Positions 63,860 to 64,000 of a DNA stretch of 64,000 nt are shown here, piece by piece. The stretch's first letter is position 1. Each line of letters opens with the position of its first letter. Both the position numbers and the translations under genes were made by a program. The stretch spans positions 68,374 to 132,373 of the forward strand of contig DASCPX010000189.1 of the NCBI GenBank assembly GCA_036012755.1. The letters run 5' to 3'. Source of the DNA: Myxococcota bacterium. GTDB lineage: Bacteria > Myxococcota_A > UBA796 > CAJQPC01. The notes under the pieces were generated by a model, which saw only the letters and a list, made by a program, of their open reading frames with translations, did no database searches and was not told the DNA's origin.

Positions 63860-64000
63860 TCAGAACTGGAAGTAGATGAACTGCTGGCCGTAGGTCGAGC
63901 CCAGCACCACGATGGCCGTGAACAGGGCGATGGCGAGCACGGCTTGGACCGGCCTCGGGAGCTTCCACAGGAGCTCGAGGTCGTCGCCGCGGAGGTACAT
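63860..64000 (-). CDS. MBOAT O-acyltransferase (AlgI-like), C-terminal end
   Basis: Manual translation ends GQQFIYFQF*, a typical AlgI-family terminus. Confidence 0.8.
   Translation of the reverse strand: MYLRGDDLELLWKLPRPVQAVLAIALFTAIVVLGSTYGQQFIYFQF

Overview
High-GC (about 70%) bacterial chromosomal segment, most consistent with a Myxococcota/deltaproteobacterial lineage (inferred from MYXO-CTERM tails, HDOD, sigma54 activator and kinase-STAND-TPR proteins). The right half holds a housekeeping block on the minus strand (tRNA-Leu, tig, clpP, clpX, lon, two HU genes, tRNA-Val, tRNA-Asp), plus tRNA-Trp, uppP, rpoH, kdsA and envelope-glycan genes. The left half is accessory: signalling genes (several frameshifted or internally deleted), acidic repeat-rich surface proteins, a sulfatase-TPR, and a 3.6-kb lower-GC insert between ~305-bp direct repeats. 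Main observations: (1) many exported proteins start with ultrashort signal/lipobox peptides (Cys at residue 7-10, no basic n-region), often with an in-frame stop just upstream and a TAnnnT -10 box 5-9 nt before the start, suggesting leaderless mRNAs; (2) an apparent bacterial homologue of the plant chloroplast ATP-synthase assembly factor PAB; (3) a PH-like plus FYVE-like zinc-finger protein; (4) trigger factor fused to a Rho-N-like domain. No CRISPR array, integrase, transposase or reverse transcriptase was seen. All family calls are from motif recognition; no database searches were run.
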